Source: Wolbachia endosymbiont of Dirofilaria (Dirofilaria) immitis
Lineage (GTDB): Bacteria; Pseudomonadota; Alphaproteobacteria; Rickettsiales; Anaplasmataceae
Direction of reading: 5' to 3'
NCBI RefSeq assembly: GCF_013365455.1
Contig: NZ_CP046578.1
Location: 450,001-482,000 of the forward strand
Length of the DNA: 32,000 nucleotides
In this document: one piece after another, positions 1-10,628 of the stretch
Numbering within the stretch: the stretch's first letter is position 1
Layout of the letters: the number at the start of each line of letters is the position of its first letter
Translations under genes and position numbers: made by a program
The notes under the pieces: generated by a model
What the model was told of the DNA's origin: nothing
Seen by the model: the letters and a program-made list of their open reading frames with translations, nothing else
Databases searched by the model: none

Positions 1-564
1 AGCCCAAAAGTGCGGTGGAGTCCACATGAAAATTATTAAAAATAGAATAAAACTTTCCCAGCTTATAGAATTAGTTACGGTTGCCCAACCGATCATTGGA
101 GAAAAAGCACCTGATATACCACCGACAACGATATTTTGCGGAGTGCGCCTTTTAAGCCAAATTGTATATATAAAAACGTAAAACAATATACCAATTGCAA
201 GTAAAACAGCAGAAATATAATTCACTGCTATTGCCATAATAAATACTGACAATACTCCAAGAGTTATACCAAACTCAAGAGCACTTTCTGCAGAGACTTT
301 ACCTGAAGGTATAGGACGATTTTGTGTCCTTTTCATGAGCAGATCTATATCTCTGTCATACCACATATTTATGGCACCTGCAGATCCTGAACCAAGAGCA
401 ATACATATAATGGATATTAGTGCAATGAAAGGATGTATATTACCTGGTGCAACAACCATTCCAGCAACTGCAGTAAATACTACAAGATATATCACCTTTG
501 GCTTTAATAAACACCAAAAGTCCAGTATTGTTGATTCAACATTTAACAAAGCACTCGTATACAT
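1..564 (-). CDS. ctaB: Protoheme IX farnesyltransferase (heme O synthase), 5' (N-terminal) part, runs off the window start
   Basis: Manual reverse-strand reading: [17 protein letters not shown]..., ...[39 protein letters not shown]..., ...[52 protein letters not shown], which is typical UbiA/CtaB. It lies immediately downstream of coxA. The ORF track omits it because it is open-ended. Confidence 0.93.
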   Translation of the reverse strand, partial: MYTSALLNVESTILDFWCLLKPKVIYLVVFTAVAGMVVAPGNIHPFIALISIICIALGSGSAGAINMWYDRDIDLLMKRTQNRPIPSGKVSAESALEFGITLGVLSVFIMAIAVNYISAVLLAIGILFYVFIYTIWLKRRTPQNIVVGGISGAFSPMIGWATVTNSISWESFILFLIIFMWTPPHFWA

Positions 565-565
565 C

Positions 566-2116
566 CTATTTTATAACCGGCGGTTTTTCGAAAGTATGAA
601 AAGGTGGTGGTGAAGATACTGTCCATTCTAAGGTATCACCTCCCCAAGGGTTATCTTCAACTTTTTTACCCCATTTAAATAAATGTATAATTATGAATAT
701 AAAAAGCATAACTGAAATGAAGGACATATATGAACCAATCGAGGATATATAGTTCCAAGGAATAAATGCATCAGGGTAATCAGGTATGCGCCTTGGCATA
801 CCAGCTAACCCTAAGAAATGCTGAGGCAAAAAGGTGATATTAGTACTAATAAAAGTAAACCAAAAGTGTATTTTTCCTAGGGACTCATTATACTGCCTAC
901 CTGACATTTTACCTATCCAATAGTAAAAGCCAGCGAAGGCTCCAAATAATACAGCTATTGACATAACATAATGAAAATGAGCAACAATATAATATGTATC
1001 ATGTAATAGCCTATCCACTCCACCTTGAGATGAAATTACTCCAGTTACACCGCCTCCTACAAACATAAAAATGAAACCTAGTGCGAACAGCATAGGAGTC
1101 TTAAGTTCAATTGCTCCACCCCACATAGTTGCAATCCAGCTAAATACTTTAACACCGGTTATAACACCAATAAAAATTGTGCTAGTACTAAAAAATATAA
1201 TAGCATCTTCACTAAGTCCAACAGTAAACATATGATGAGCCCAGACTATAAAACCAAATGTTGCTATCGCTATCATAGCATAAACCATCCCTATATAACC
1301 AAACACTGGTCTATGAGAAAAAGTTGACACGACCTGGCTTATGATACCAAACGCAGGGAAAATAATGATATAAACCTCTGGATGACCGAAAAACCAAAAT
1401 AGATGTTGAAATAATACAGGATCACCACCACCAGCTGGATTAAAAAAGGAAGTACCAATATTACGGTCAGTAAGTAGCATAGTTATAGCACCAGCAAGTA
1501 CTGGTAAAGCAATAATTAACATAAATGAAGTCAACAAAATAGACCAAACAAATAGTGGCATCTTAGTTAATGACATACCTTTTGCACGCATATTAAATAT
1601 AGTGACTATAAAGTTGATTGCTCCAACAATTGAAGACATACCAGCAATATGAAGTGCAAATATAGCAAGGTCAACTCCTGCACCTGGGTGGAACATGATT
1701 TGTGACAAAGGTGGATATAAAGTCCACCCTGTTCCAGGACCTTCACCAGCAAATACTGAGAGAAGGAGCAAAATAAAAGATGACACTAATAACCAAAAAC
1801 TTAGATTATTCATACGAGGAAATGCCATGTCTGGTGAACCAATCATGAGAGGAACAAACCAATTACCAAATCCTCCCATTAGAGCTGGCATTATCATAAA
1901 AAATACCATTATTACTGCATGTCCTGTAACTATTACGTTATATAGTTGATAATTACTACCTAGTATATTGATATGCATTAGCTGAGTACGAATAATTATT
2001 GATAACAATCCACCAATAATCCCAGTCAATATGGAAAAAATGATATACAGTGTTCCTATATCCTTATGATTAGTAGAGAATAACCAACGTCTTATACCTT
2101 TTGATATATCATTCAT
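566..2116 (-). CDS. coxA: Cytochrome c oxidase subunit I
   Basis: 516 aa ORF with heme-copper oxidase motifs ([43 protein letters not shown]). Confidence 0.98.
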   Translation of the reverse strand: MNDISKGIRRWLFSTNHKDIGTLYIIFSILTGIIGGLLSIIIRTQLMHINILGSNYQLYNVIVTGHAVIMVFFMIMPALMGGFGNWFVPLMIGSPDMAFPRMNNLSFWLLVSSFILLLLSVFAGEGPGTGWTLYPPLSQIMFHPGAGVDLAIFALHIAGMSSIVGAINFIVTIFNMRAKGMSLTKMPLFVWSILLTSFMLIIALPVLAGAITMLLTDRNIGTSFFNPAGGGDPVLFQHLFWFFGHPEVYIIIFPAFGIISQVVSTFSHRPVFGYIGMVYAMIAIATFGFIVWAHHMFTVGLSEDAIIFFSTSTIFIGVITGVKVFSWIATMWGGAIELKTPMLFALGFIFMFVGGGVTGVISSQGGVDRLLHDTYYIVAHFHYVMSIAVLFGAFAGFYYWIGKMSGRQYNESLGKIHFWFTFISTNITFLPQHFLGLAGMPRRIPDYPDAFIPWNYISSIGSYMSFISVMLFIFIIIHLFKWGKKVEDNPWGGDTLEWTVSSPPPFHTFEKPPVIK

Positions 2117-2131
2117 ACCTATACTCCAAAT

Positions 2132-2896
2132 TTAACTTACTAACTTTTTATTTTCAATCCATTCATTAAAATCTTCTTTACTCACTGCCTTAACAACAAT
2201 CGGCATAAATCCATGACCTTGACCGCATAATTCATAACATTGTCCATAGTAAATACCAGGCTTTTTGACATTAATCCATGCTTCATTTAGTCTACCTGGT
2301 ATGGCATCAATTTTTACACCGAAAGCTGGTACTCCCCAGCTATGTATTACATCTCCTGCAGTAACTTGTAAACGAATATTAGTATCGGTAGGTAAAACAA
2401 CATTATTATCAACAGAGAATAGCCTCAAATCCCCTTCAGCAAAACTATCTGTTTCCTTAATGTAGCTATCAAAAGATATACCTTGATGCTCTGGATACTG
2501 ATAACTCCAGTACCACTGGTGGCCAATAACTTTTAGTGTCATGTCAGCCTTTGGTATCTTTTCTTGTAGTTTAATTAATTGAGCATTTTTAAAAGCCAAT
2601 ATACCGACAATAATCGTTGGTATAACAAACCAGATAATTTCTAAAATAATGTTGTGACTCGTTTGACTTATATTTGTTACTTTATTCTTTTGAAAGCGAA
2701 ATACCACATAAATAAGCAGCATCCATACAAGAAGCATTATTCCAACCATTATACTCATCACAAATAAATGCGATTCAATTACAATTTCCATTATCTCAGT
2801 TGCAGGTGTGGGAAATCCAAATTGCCAAGAAGTAGGAACAGAAGCAATTGACATATTTGAGTAAAATACTATCAATAATGCAAGTAACTCTACCAT
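2132..2896 (-). CDS. coxB: Cytochrome c oxidase subunit II
   Basis: 254 aa ORF with an N-terminal TM hairpin and CuA-site motifs (VIGHQWYWSYQYPE, DVIHSWGVPAFGVKIDAIPGR, YGQCYELCGQGHGFMPI). Confidence 0.98.
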   Translation of the reverse strand: MVELLALLIVFYSNMSIASVPTSWQFGFPTPATEIMEIVIESHLFVMSIMVGIMLLVWMLLIYVVFRFQKNKVTNISQTSHNIILEIIWFVIPTIIVGILAFKNAQLIKLQEKIPKADMTLKVIGHQWYWSYQYPEHQGISFDSYIKETDSFAEGDLRLFSVDNNVVLPTDTNIRLQVTAGDVIHSWGVPAFGVKIDAIPGRLNEAWINVKKPGIYYGQCYELCGQGHGFMPIVVKAVSKEDFNEWIENKKLVS

Positions 2897-3489
2897 ACTT
2901 GTTTACTGTAAAACTAACTATATAATAGCGTATATAACTTACTATGCAAACAAAGATTAGTAGTAGTTAATAGTTTTAAAACGTTTAGTTAGCTACAATA
3001 ATATAACCCCAATTTAAGGAAAGAAGAGCATTTACATGAATCTATCTCAATAAAACATCATAAATTTTGAAAAAGCCTGCCTTATACTAAATTATAAATT
3101 TTTTATTAACTAACCTCTAATACTCATAGCGGCACACGCAGTTCGTATACTAAGACACATTTATTCTCTACGAAAAGTAGTGAATGAACAATTCAAAAAG
3201 TCAGAAGAAGCAGAAGATCTTTCTGTTAAAATTATAGAAGAAAGGGGGACTAAAGGCTATGATGGGAGTAGAAAGGTAGAAAAAGGACATAGTAGACTTT
3301 GTATGTACAGAGATATATTACCTAAGTTGCTATCAACTAAAAGTAAGAATTTAAAATATAGCCCAGAAAATAGGTTACAAAAGGGTTTTTGTTTATTAAA
3401 TCAACAGGAATAGAAAGCTACCAAAGAAATAAAATTTGTTTAATAACATTTACTGAAAATTCTATACCATTGCTGTAAATGGGGTCATG

Positions 3490-3514
3490 GTAAAAGGAAT
3501 TTTTCCAATTTTAC
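3490..3514. repeat. Near-palindromic hairpin (10 bp stem with a 2-nt bulge)
   Basis: gtaaaaggaa ttt ttcc aa ttttac: GTAAAA pairs with TTTTAC and GGAA pairs with TTCC, with a 2-nt bulge and 3-nt loop. It is intergenic, downstream of the HlyD ORF on the minus strand. Confidence 0.6.
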
Positions 3515-3535
3515 TGGTTGGGGTGAATAATCTAT

Positions 3536-3598
3536 GTAAATAGAGCTTCTGAAAAGTCAATAAAATCTTAATTCTATTATGAAAATAAGTCTATTTAC
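3536..3598. repeat. 9-bp inverted repeats flanking a 45-bp spacer
   Basis: GTAAATAGA at 3536-3544 is the exact reverse complement of TCTATTTAC at 3590-3598, just downstream of the HlyD stop. Confidence 0.55.
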
Positions 3599-3611
3599 TT
3601 TAATGAGTTAT

Positions 3612-5090
3612 CTATCTTTCTATAAAAGATCTATCAACCGTTGCAATTATAGGTGTAAATAAGAATGATAAGAGAGTGCGGGATTGAGTGACTATGTATA
3701 CTTCAGCTGGCATACCAGGGTACAGATATACGTTTTTAAACTGAGCAAGTTCCGACTTTGGTATCACAACATGTACTAAATAATAACGTCCCAATCTTGG
3801 GTCATCAAGAGCATCAGGAGAAATATAGCTTACTACACCATTAATAAAACCTAAACTACGCGCATTATAAGCACTTAGCCTTACTTTGACTTTCAACCCT
3901 TCTAATCCGCCGCCAACGGAGACCATATTGCTACCTCTTTTTTGTGCTGATATTATTTCTTCTATATTTCTAGTCTGGATTTTAGTGCCTATTATTAAAT
4001 CATCATCAGATGGCACTATGCTCATAACTGGAACTCCAGATTGTATAACACCACCTTCAGTATGATACCTTATATCTGTAACTATTCCATCTTGAGGAGA
4101 TCTAATTATTGTGCGTGCTAATGTATCTTCTGCAACTATTAACCTCTTTTTTAAGTCAGCAATAGATGTACTAATTTCCTTAAGTTCAATGTTTGCTCTT
4201 TCCTGGAAATCGTTCCTCACATTTACAATTTCTAATTCATTCTCTCCAATTTTTTGCTGTGCTTGAGATATTGCAGCGCGGTAGTGACCAACCCTACCTT
4301 CAATTTCAGCAAACTGCTTTTTCAAAGCGAAAATGTGTGTCTTGCCTATATAGCTATTGTTAAGAAGTTGTCTTTTTATTTCTAATTCTTCAGCTACTAA
4401 GTCGTATTGTTTGAGAGCTGCATCCAATTGAGAGTGCAGTCCTACTAACTCGTTATGTAGCTGCTTTATACGTTGTTGCAGTACATTAGTTTTTCCTAAT
4501 GCACTCTTGCGCTGAGAGTGAAACAATTTTACCTGATTTTTTATTACTCTGTTTGCAAGCTCACTGTTAGACAATTTTTTAATTTCATCAGGAAATTCAA
4601 TTTTGTCTAATCCTGCCCTAATAGCGATTAGCCTTGCTTCAGTTGTCAAAAGCGATAAAAGTTTCTCTTTAACTATACTTAAATTTGCCTTCTCATTAAC
4701 ATCATTTAACAAAACTAGAGGCTCATTTTTTTTAACTACTTGACCTTCCTTGACTAAAATTTTGCTTATTATTCCTCCTCCTAAATGCTGAACCACCTTT
4801 CTACTTGAAGATACAATAACTTCTCCACTTGCATGTACTGCTCCATCAATTGGAGCTATAGCTGACCAAATGCCTCCTACTCCAAAAAAAATGAGTATTA
4901 CTACCAGACCGAAAAACAGTGGCCCCCATGTTACTTTCAGAACCTCATTTACACTATTTCCTTCACGCTTTAAAATGAAACTTGTCACTGCATCAATTAA
5001 TATAAAAGTTTTATCCAAAAATTTTGGACATTTTTTCTTTTTTATCCCTTGCATATTTATATTATCACTACAGCAAAGGAGACCTGTCAA
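3612..5090 (-). CDS. HlyD family type I secretion periplasmic adaptor (membrane fusion protein)
   Basis: 492 aa with a single N-terminal TM, an APIDGAVHASGEVIVSSSRKVVQHLGGGIISKILVKEGQVVKKNEPL biotinyl-lipoyl-like domain, a long coiled coil, and a C-terminal barrel with TIIRSPQDGIVTDIRYHTEGGVIQSG and PGMPAEVYI. The start may be internal (for example MQGIKKKKCPKFL). Confidence 0.93.
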   Translation of the reverse strand: MTGLLCCSDNINMQGIKKKKCPKFLDKTFILIDAVTSFILKREGNSVNEVLKVTWGPLFFGLVVILIFFGVGGIWSAIAPIDGAVHASGEVIVSSSRKVVQHLGGGIISKILVKEGQVVKKNEPLVLLNDVNEKANLSIVKEKLLSLLTTEARLIAIRAGLDKIEFPDEIKKLSNSELANRVIKNQVKLFHSQRKSALGKTNVLQQRIKQLHNELVGLHSQLDAALKQYDLVAEELEIKRQLLNNSYIGKTHIFALKKQFAEIEGRVGHYRAAISQAQQKIGENELEIVNVRNDFQERANIELKEISTSIADLKKRLIVAEDTLARTIIRSPQDGIVTDIRYHTEGGVIQSGVPVMSIVPSDDDLIIGTKIQTRNIEEIISAQKRGSNMVSVGGGLEGLKVKVRLSAYNARSLGFINGVVSYISPDALDDPRLGRYYLVHVVIPKSELAQFKNVYLYPGMPAEVYIVTQSRTLLSFLFTPIIATVDRSFIER

Positions 5091-5361
5091 AGGAAATCAA
5101 GCTTTCATTTTTTTTAACTTACTTATTCACACATTACTGTGAACTTGCATGAGTACTGAAATAATATGCTAATATGCAAAAGCCAAAGAATTCATGACTC
5201 AAACATCTAATTTGGACTCAATCAAAATAATAACTTAGTAAGAATTTTGTGCTATATCTTAATCTGAATTAAGCTCTGTGAGAGTCAAAGCCGCTCATAT
5301 ATTAGAAAGTCCATTGCTAATTAGACAATGTTCTGCTAGTAATTAAAAAAATAAAATTATT

Positions 5362-6096
5362 ATGTTTCAATTAGAAGGCAGAAAGTTCCTCATCACTGGT
5401 GCCTCAGGTGGGATAGGGCGAGCGATTGTGAAGGTCATGTATAAAGCCGGAGCAACTTTATGTATCTCTGGGACAAAAAAAGAGACTCTCGAAGGCATTG
5501 CTAAGCAATATAAGAAGAACATACATGTATTTCTTTGTAATTTATCAAGTGCTGAGGAAGTAAATCAGCTAATAGACAGAGCAAGCAAATTAATGGCAGG
5601 TTTTGACGGGCTTGTGTGTAGTGCAGGCATTATACGAGATGGTTTACTACTGAGAATGACAGACGAAGCATGGCAAAAAGTAATTGATATTAACTTGAGC
5701 TCCACATTTAAGTTAAATAGAGAAGCATGCAGAAAATTAATTAAAAATAACTGGGGAAGGATTATAAATATTTCTTCAGTGATAGGATTAACAGGAAATG
5801 CTGGACAATCAAATTATGCAGCATCGAAAGCTGGAGTAATAGCTATGAGTAAATCTATAGCAAAAGAAGTTGCAAGTCGAAATATAACAGTCAATTGTGT
5901 TGCTCCTGGATTTATAGATACCAAAATGACTGAAGTCTTAACCAAAGAACAAAAGAAAAAAATAATAGATAATATTCCAATGAAAAAAATGGGGACGGTG
6001 GAAGAAGTAGCAGCAGGGGTTCTATTTTTAGCGAGTGATGAAGCAAAGTATATTACAGGGCATGTATTGAATATTAATGGCGGTTTATTTATGTAG
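5362..6096 (+). CDS. fabG: 3-oxoacyl-[acyl-carrier-protein] reductase
   Basis: 244 aa SDR ORF: GASGGIGRA, YAASKAGVIAMSKSIAKE, NCVAPGFIDTKMTE, GHVLNINGGLFM. Confidence 0.96.
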   Translation: MFQLEGRKFLITGASGGIGRAIVKVMYKAGATLCISGTKKETLEGIAKQYKKNIHVFLCNLSSAEEVNQLIDRASKLMAGFDGLVCSAGIIRDGLLLRMTDEAWQKVIDINLSSTFKLNREACRKLIKNNWGRIINISSVIGLTGNAGQSNYAASKAGVIAMSKSIAKEVASRNITVNCVAPGFIDTKMTEVLTKEQKKKIIDNIPMKKMGTVEEVAAGVLFLASDEAKYITGHVLNINGGLFM

Positions 6097-6197
6097 TGAT
6101 ACTTTACCTATAGACAAGATATAGACTTTACTTTAAAATAAGTATGCGTAAAATAAAATTAGTTTTATTACACTAGTTTATTATCAAAGGCAAAAAA

Positions 6198-6545
6198 ATG
6201 GACTCCATAATAAGAAAATTTTTTAATATTCTATATGTGGTATTACTTTTCTCAGGTTATCCAACCGATTCTGGTGCTGGAGGTACTGATATAGATGATA
6301 CAACTGCTCAAGTAATATGTAACATTATTGGTTATATCTGGGGAATAGGTGGTCCACTTATGACCGTAGTAATAATTGGTGCATCTTTACTTGCAATATT
6401 TGGTAGAATGCCTTGGCCAGCTCTCTTTGCTTTAGGCATGTTTTGCGGTGTATTTTTTGGCGCTAAGGCAATTATAATGAAAGTTATACCTAATATGAAT
6501 GATAGTGTAAAAGTTATGCTAGAAAATTGCGGAACAAAAAAATAG
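6198..6545 (+). CDS. virB2: TrbC/VirB2-like type IV secretion pilin subunit
   Basis: 115 aa with a signal-peptide-like N-terminus, then two hydrophobic helices split by a short basic/Pro turn (IIGYIWGIGGPLMTVVIIGASLLAIFGRMPWPALFALGMFCGVFFGAKAII), the VirB2/TrbC architecture. Confidence 0.8.
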   Translation: MDSIIRKFFNILYVVLLFSGYPTDSGAGGTDIDDTTAQVICNIIGYIWGIGGPLMTVVIIGASLLAIFGRMPWPALFALGMFCGVFFGAKAIIMKVIPNMNDSVKVMLENCGTKK

Positions 6546-6572
6546 AAAAAACGGTAGCATGTAAAATAACTA

Positions 6573-7853
6573 TCACTCATTGAGTTGTTTCATGTCTTCA
6601 ATTTGCAATAGGTAAGGGCTACCCTTTGGTAAAGTTTTAATAGCTAATTCAGCATATCTCGTAAATTGTTCCAAATTGCCTTCAATACAAGCTTTCTTCG
6701 TTAAAGCAAAATAATACATTGCTATATTAGCATTACGTTTGTACGCAACGCTTAAATATTTCCAAATAAAGGCATTATTCGGTTCTGCACTTGCGACTTG
6801 TTCAAGGTAAAAAATTGCCTTTTTTGCATCACCGTATAGTAATAGAGTATGAGATAATGCAAGTTTTACCAAATAGCTGTTCTTTTCAGGTAAATATTTC
6901 AGTGACTCTTCATACATTCTTATTGCTTCACTTAGATTTCCAGCCTTATACAACATTTCTGCTTTCAATTCATATAGATATGGATCACTACGTGACTTCT
7001 GAGCTAGTGAATCAATTATAGCAATAGCCTCTTTTATCTTTCCTTGCCTATAGTGAATTATAGCATTTACGCATTCAGAATTACCTTCATATTTACTAGA
7101 TAATACATGGATGGGAGAAAAGAAAGAATCTAGTTTTGTAACTACACGTTTAAACTTTAGTAACTTATCCGCGAGAATTGGCTTTATATCGTTTTTAACC
7201 TTATAATTCTGTACAGCAAGTATTCGCTTACTACTAAGTGGATGAGTGTGAAAGTATCCTACAGTATTTTCGCACTCAATACTTTTAAAGTAACCGAAAA
7301 CTTCTCTCATACCTGAATTATCATAGCCAGATTCATCAAGGTACTTTAAAGCGTATCTATCTGCTGTACTTTCTTGCTCTTGAGAATAGTTAAAAAATAA
7401 TCCGGAGCTGAGTGCCATACCACTGAGTAAAATTGCATTGGTGACCTGAGGATTAATGATGATAGTAGAAATCAGCCCTATCATATAGCCAATCATCGCC
7501 ATAGATTGTAAACAACCTATGGCACCGCTCATCTGTAATATATGACCAGCAGATATATGAGCGATCTCATGTGCTAATATACTAAGTAAAACATAAGGTT
7601 CAGTTGAATATCGCAAAAGTCCTAAGTGAATAAAAATATTATTATTATCAATAATAAAAGCATTAATTGAGTCATCATTCACCACGAAAACTTTTACCTG
7701 GTCACTATCAACACCCGCAGCAGAAAAGAGAGGTTGTGCTAATTCTTTCACCATTGCTTCCACTTCACTGTCTCCTATAATATTAATAGAGTAAGTATTA
7801 TTATAATATACAAAAAAGAGCAATAAGATAAAAAACTTGACAACTTGAAGCAT
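6573..7853 (-). CDS. M48 family zinc metalloprotease with C-terminal TPR-like repeats (BepA/YfgC-like)
   Basis: 426 aa containing HEIAHISAGH (HExxH), the downstream SQEQESTADRYAL zinc ligand region, TPR-like helices (AIRMYEESLKYLPEKNSY) and an N-terminal signal/TM. Confidence 0.92.
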   Translation of the reverse strand: MLQVVKFFILLLFFVYYNNTYSINIIGDSEVEAMVKELAQPLFSAAGVDSDQVKVFVVNDDSINAFIIDNNNIFIHLGLLRYSTEPYVLLSILAHEIAHISAGHILQMSGAIGCLQSMAMIGYMIGLISTIIINPQVTNAILLSGMALSSGLFFNYSQEQESTADRYALKYLDESGYDNSGMREVFGYFKSIECENTVGYFHTHPLSSKRILAVQNYKVKNDIKPILADKLLKFKRVVTKLDSFFSPIHVLSSKYEGNSECVNAIIHYRQGKIKEAIAIIDSLAQKSRSDPYLYELKAEMLYKAGNLSEAIRMYEESLKYLPEKNSYLVKLALSHTLLLYGDAKKAIFYLEQVASAEPNNAFIWKYLSVAYKRNANIAMYYFALTKKACIEGNLEQFTRYAELAIKTLPKGSPYLLQIEDMKQLNE

Positions 7854-7925
7854 GGGAATCTCGTATTTGCATAATTTTTAGGAGTTTTACATCTTAATAC
7901 TTGAATTATATGAGTTTATGAAATG

Positions 7926-8579
7926 CTAACTTAATTTCTTGACATAATTAATGAGTTCATCAATAGTAGTCAATTTAATTTTATGTTGTTCAGCAAACTC
8001 AAGTAACTGAGGTAGACGCATCATAGAGCCATCGTCATTCACTAGCTCACACCCTACAGCCGCATGGTTAAGGTTAACTAGCTTTGCTATTTCAACACTC
8101 GCTTCAGTATGACCATTACGTGCTAAAACTCCACTATCGTTTGCAATAATAGGAAAAACATGACCAGGAGTAATAATATCATCTTTAGTACTCTTTTCAT
8201 CAATAGCAATAAGTATTGTGCGTGTTCTATCATTAGCAGAAACACCTGTTGTAATACCGTAACGCGCATCGATTGATGTAGTAAATGCGGTGTGAGGAGC
8301 AAGCTTTTCATCTACATTGCTTCTTCTCATAAACTCAAGACCAAGTCTATTCATATGAAGTTTTGTCATTGCTAAAAATACAATGCCAGTTCCATATCTA
8401 ATCATAAAAGCTACATGCTTTGGCTTTAATTTTTCAGCTAAAATGATCAAATCACCTTCATTTTCCCTATTTTCATTATCAACTAAAATAAACAATTTAC
8501 CAGACCGAGCATCCTCTAATACATCTTCCACAGGAGAAATACAGGATAGGTTCATCGATGCATAAGTGGCCTGTATCAT
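7926..8579 (-). CDS. ribB: 3,4-dihydroxy-2-butanone-4-phosphate synthase
   Basis: 217 aa: EDVLEDARSGKLFILVDNENRENEGDLI, RTRTILIAIDEKSTKDDIITPGHVFPI, GHTEASVEIAKLVNLNHAAVGCELVNDDG. Confidence 0.96.
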   Translation of the reverse strand: MIQATYASMNLSCISPVEDVLEDARSGKLFILVDNENRENEGDLIILAEKLKPKHVAFMIRYGTGIVFLAMTKLHMNRLGLEFMRRSNVDEKLAPHTAFTTSIDARYGITTGVSANDRTRTILIAIDEKSTKDDIITPGHVFPIIANDSGVLARNGHTEASVEIAKLVNLNHAAVGCELVNDDGSMMRLPQLLEFAEQHKIKLTTIDELINYVKKLS

Positions 8580-8582
8580 AAT

Positions 8583-9083
8583 TTATTTAAATTCAATCTT
8601 AACTATTTTATATAATTTCTCTCCACTTGGCACTATTACTTCTACATGTTCGCCAATTTTTTTACCAATTAAAGCACTACCTAAAGGTGAGCTAGTAGAT
8701 ATTAACTGCTTTGAAACATCAGCCTCATACTCACCTACAATTTTATAAATATATTCTACTTCACTACCATCATCATTTACCATACTCAATGTTACGGTTG
8801 CGCCAAACATTACTGAATCGCCAGACAAGCTTTTCACTTCTATTACTTCTGCATGCGAAAGCTTGCTTTCCAGCTCCATTATACGACCCTCAATGAAACC
8901 TAATCTTTCTCGCGCAGCATGATATTCCGCACTCTCGGATAAATCACCTTGATCACGGGCATCAGAAATGGCCTGTATAATAGAAGGTTTTTCTTCTTTT
9001 AATTTTTCAAGCTCAGCTTGCATACATCCAAAACCTTCTCTTGTTATAGGGAACTTCTTAACGACAGATGAAGTCATAACCAA
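8583..9083 (-). CDS. greA: Transcription elongation factor GreA
   Basis: 166 aa: PITREGFGCMQAELEKLKEEKP, AISDARDQGDLSESAEYHAARERLGFIEGRI, SPLGSALIGKKIGEHVEV. Confidence 0.97.
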   Translation of the reverse strand: MVMTSSVVKKFPITREGFGCMQAELEKLKEEKPSIIQAISDARDQGDLSESAEYHAARERLGFIEGRIMELESKLSHAEVIEVKSLSGDSVMFGATVTLSMVNDDGSEVEYIYKIVGEYEADVSKQLISTSSPLGSALIGKKIGEHVEVIVPSGEKLYKIVKIEFK

Positions 9084-9086
9084 TAC

Positions 9087-10628
9087 CTACACACAATTAA
9101 ATTGAGTAATAAAATTACTCACAATACTAAAAATATCGTTTTGTATACCATTATACATGTTGTTTGACAACTTTTTTAAAATTTCAGGATATGCATTATG
9201 CAAATAATTGATAAGATCATATTCAAATTTATTGATGTTGCTTATTTGTATCTTGCTTAACTGATCATACATATCAGAAAAGATATACATTAGTATTACC
9301 TGTTCTTCTATTGACATAGGTGAATGCTGTTTTTGCTTTAATAACTCAATAAGATATCTACCCTTATTCAAGGCTAATTGAACATTAGTATCAAGGTCAG
9401 AACTAAATTTTGCAAAGTCTTCCAATTCTCTATATTGAGCTAAACTTAGCTTTACAGAACCAGCAACTTTCTTTACAGATTTCAATTGTGCAGCAGATCC
9501 AATCCGTGAAACTGATAAACCTATATTTACTGCAGGGCGAAACCCTTCGTGAAATAATTCAGATTCAAGAAAAATTTGCCCATCGGTAATTGAAATTACA
9601 TTGGTTGGAACATACGCAGATACATCACCAGCCTGAGTTTCAATAATCGGTAAAGCAGTCAAAGACCCTTGCCCTCTTCCATCAGACATTTTAGCAGCTC
9701 TTTCAAGCAAACGAGAATGTACATAGAATATATCTCCAGGGTAGGCTTCACGGCCAGGAGGACGTCTCAACAGCAAGGACATTTGCCTATATGCTACAGC
9801 GTGCTTAGATAAATCATCGTACACTACCAAGCAATGCATTCCATTATCACGGAAAAATTCTCCAATAGTACAACCAGCATAAGGTGCTAAAAACTGCATA
9901 GGTGCACAGTCAGATGCACTAGCTACTACCACAGTTGTATACTCTAATGCCTGACTTTCTTTTAACTTATTTACCACTTTCGCTACTGCTGAAATTTTTT
10001 GTCCGATAGCAACATAAACGCAGTAAACTTTTTGATCTTCACCTACCCTGTCATTAATCTTCTTCTGATTCATGATAGTATCAAGTGCAATAGTAGTTTT
10101 CCCGGTTTGCCTATCGCCAATAATTAACTCACGTTGTCCTCTACCTATCGGAATTAGTAAATCTATAATCTTAATTCCGGTCTGTAGAGGTTCATGCACA
10201 GATTTACGATCAATGATACCTGGTGCCTTAGATTCTATGTCCATTCTATTTTTAACTCTAATCTCTCTACCTTTATCTATAGGATAGCCCAGAGCATTTA
10301 CGATCCTTCCTAGTGATTCATGTCCTACTGGCACTTGTATGACACCACCACTGCACTTTACAATATCCCCTTCTTTCACATCACGGTCATTACCAAGCAC
10401 CACTATTCCAGCTATATCATGATCTAAATCAAGAACTATCCCTTCTACACCACTTGCAAAAAATACCTTCTCACCGAACTTCGCTTCTTCAAGCCCATAA
10501 ACCAGTGCAATACCATCAACTACTGAAATTACCTCACCTATACTTTCTCGTTTTATAAGGTTATCAAACGCTTCAACTTTTTTCCGTATTATGTTTATAA
10601 CCTCAGAAGCATTTATATTATCTTTCAT
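9087..10628 (-). CDS. atpA: ATP synthase F1 subunit alpha
   Basis: 513 aa: [15 protein letters not shown] (Walker A), [47 protein letters not shown]. Confidence 0.99.
   Translation of the reverse strand: MKDNINASEVINIIRKKVEAFDNLIKRESIGEVISVVDGIALVYGLEEAKFGEKVFFASGVEGIVLDLDHDIAGIVVLGNDRDVKEGDIVKCSGGVIQVPVGHESLGRIVNALGYPIDKGREIRVKNRMDIESKAPGIIDRKSVHEPLQTGIKIIDLLIPIGRGQRELIIGDRQTGKTTIALDTIMNQKKINDRVGEDQKVYCVYVAIGQKISAVAKVVNKLKESQALEYTTVVVASASDCAPMQFLAPYAGCTIGEFFRDNGMHCLVVYDDLSKHAVAYRQMSLLLRRPPGREAYPGDIFYVHSRLLERAAKMSDGRGQGSLTALPIIETQAGDVSAYVPTNVISITDGQIFLESELFHEGFRPAVNIGLSVSRIGSAAQLKSVKKVAGSVKLSLAQYRELEDFAKFSSDLDTNVQLALNKGRYLIELLKQKQHSPMSIEEQVILMYIFSDMYDQLSKIQISNINKFEYDLINYLHNAYPEILKKLSNNMYNGIQNDIFSIVSNFITQFNCV

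Noticed and set aside
335-613. Plus-strand 92-aa ORF
   Set aside because: It lies antisense to ctaB and the end of coxA, and both opposing frames have strong family matches. It is a shadow ORF.
1695-1949. Plus-strand 84-aa ORF
   Set aside because: Antisense inside coxA, with no recognisable domain.
8123-8896. Several small plus-strand ORFs (8123-8311, 8383-8565, 8566-8748, 8711-8896)
   Set aside because: All are antisense to ribB or greA, consistent with spurious reverse-frame ORFs.
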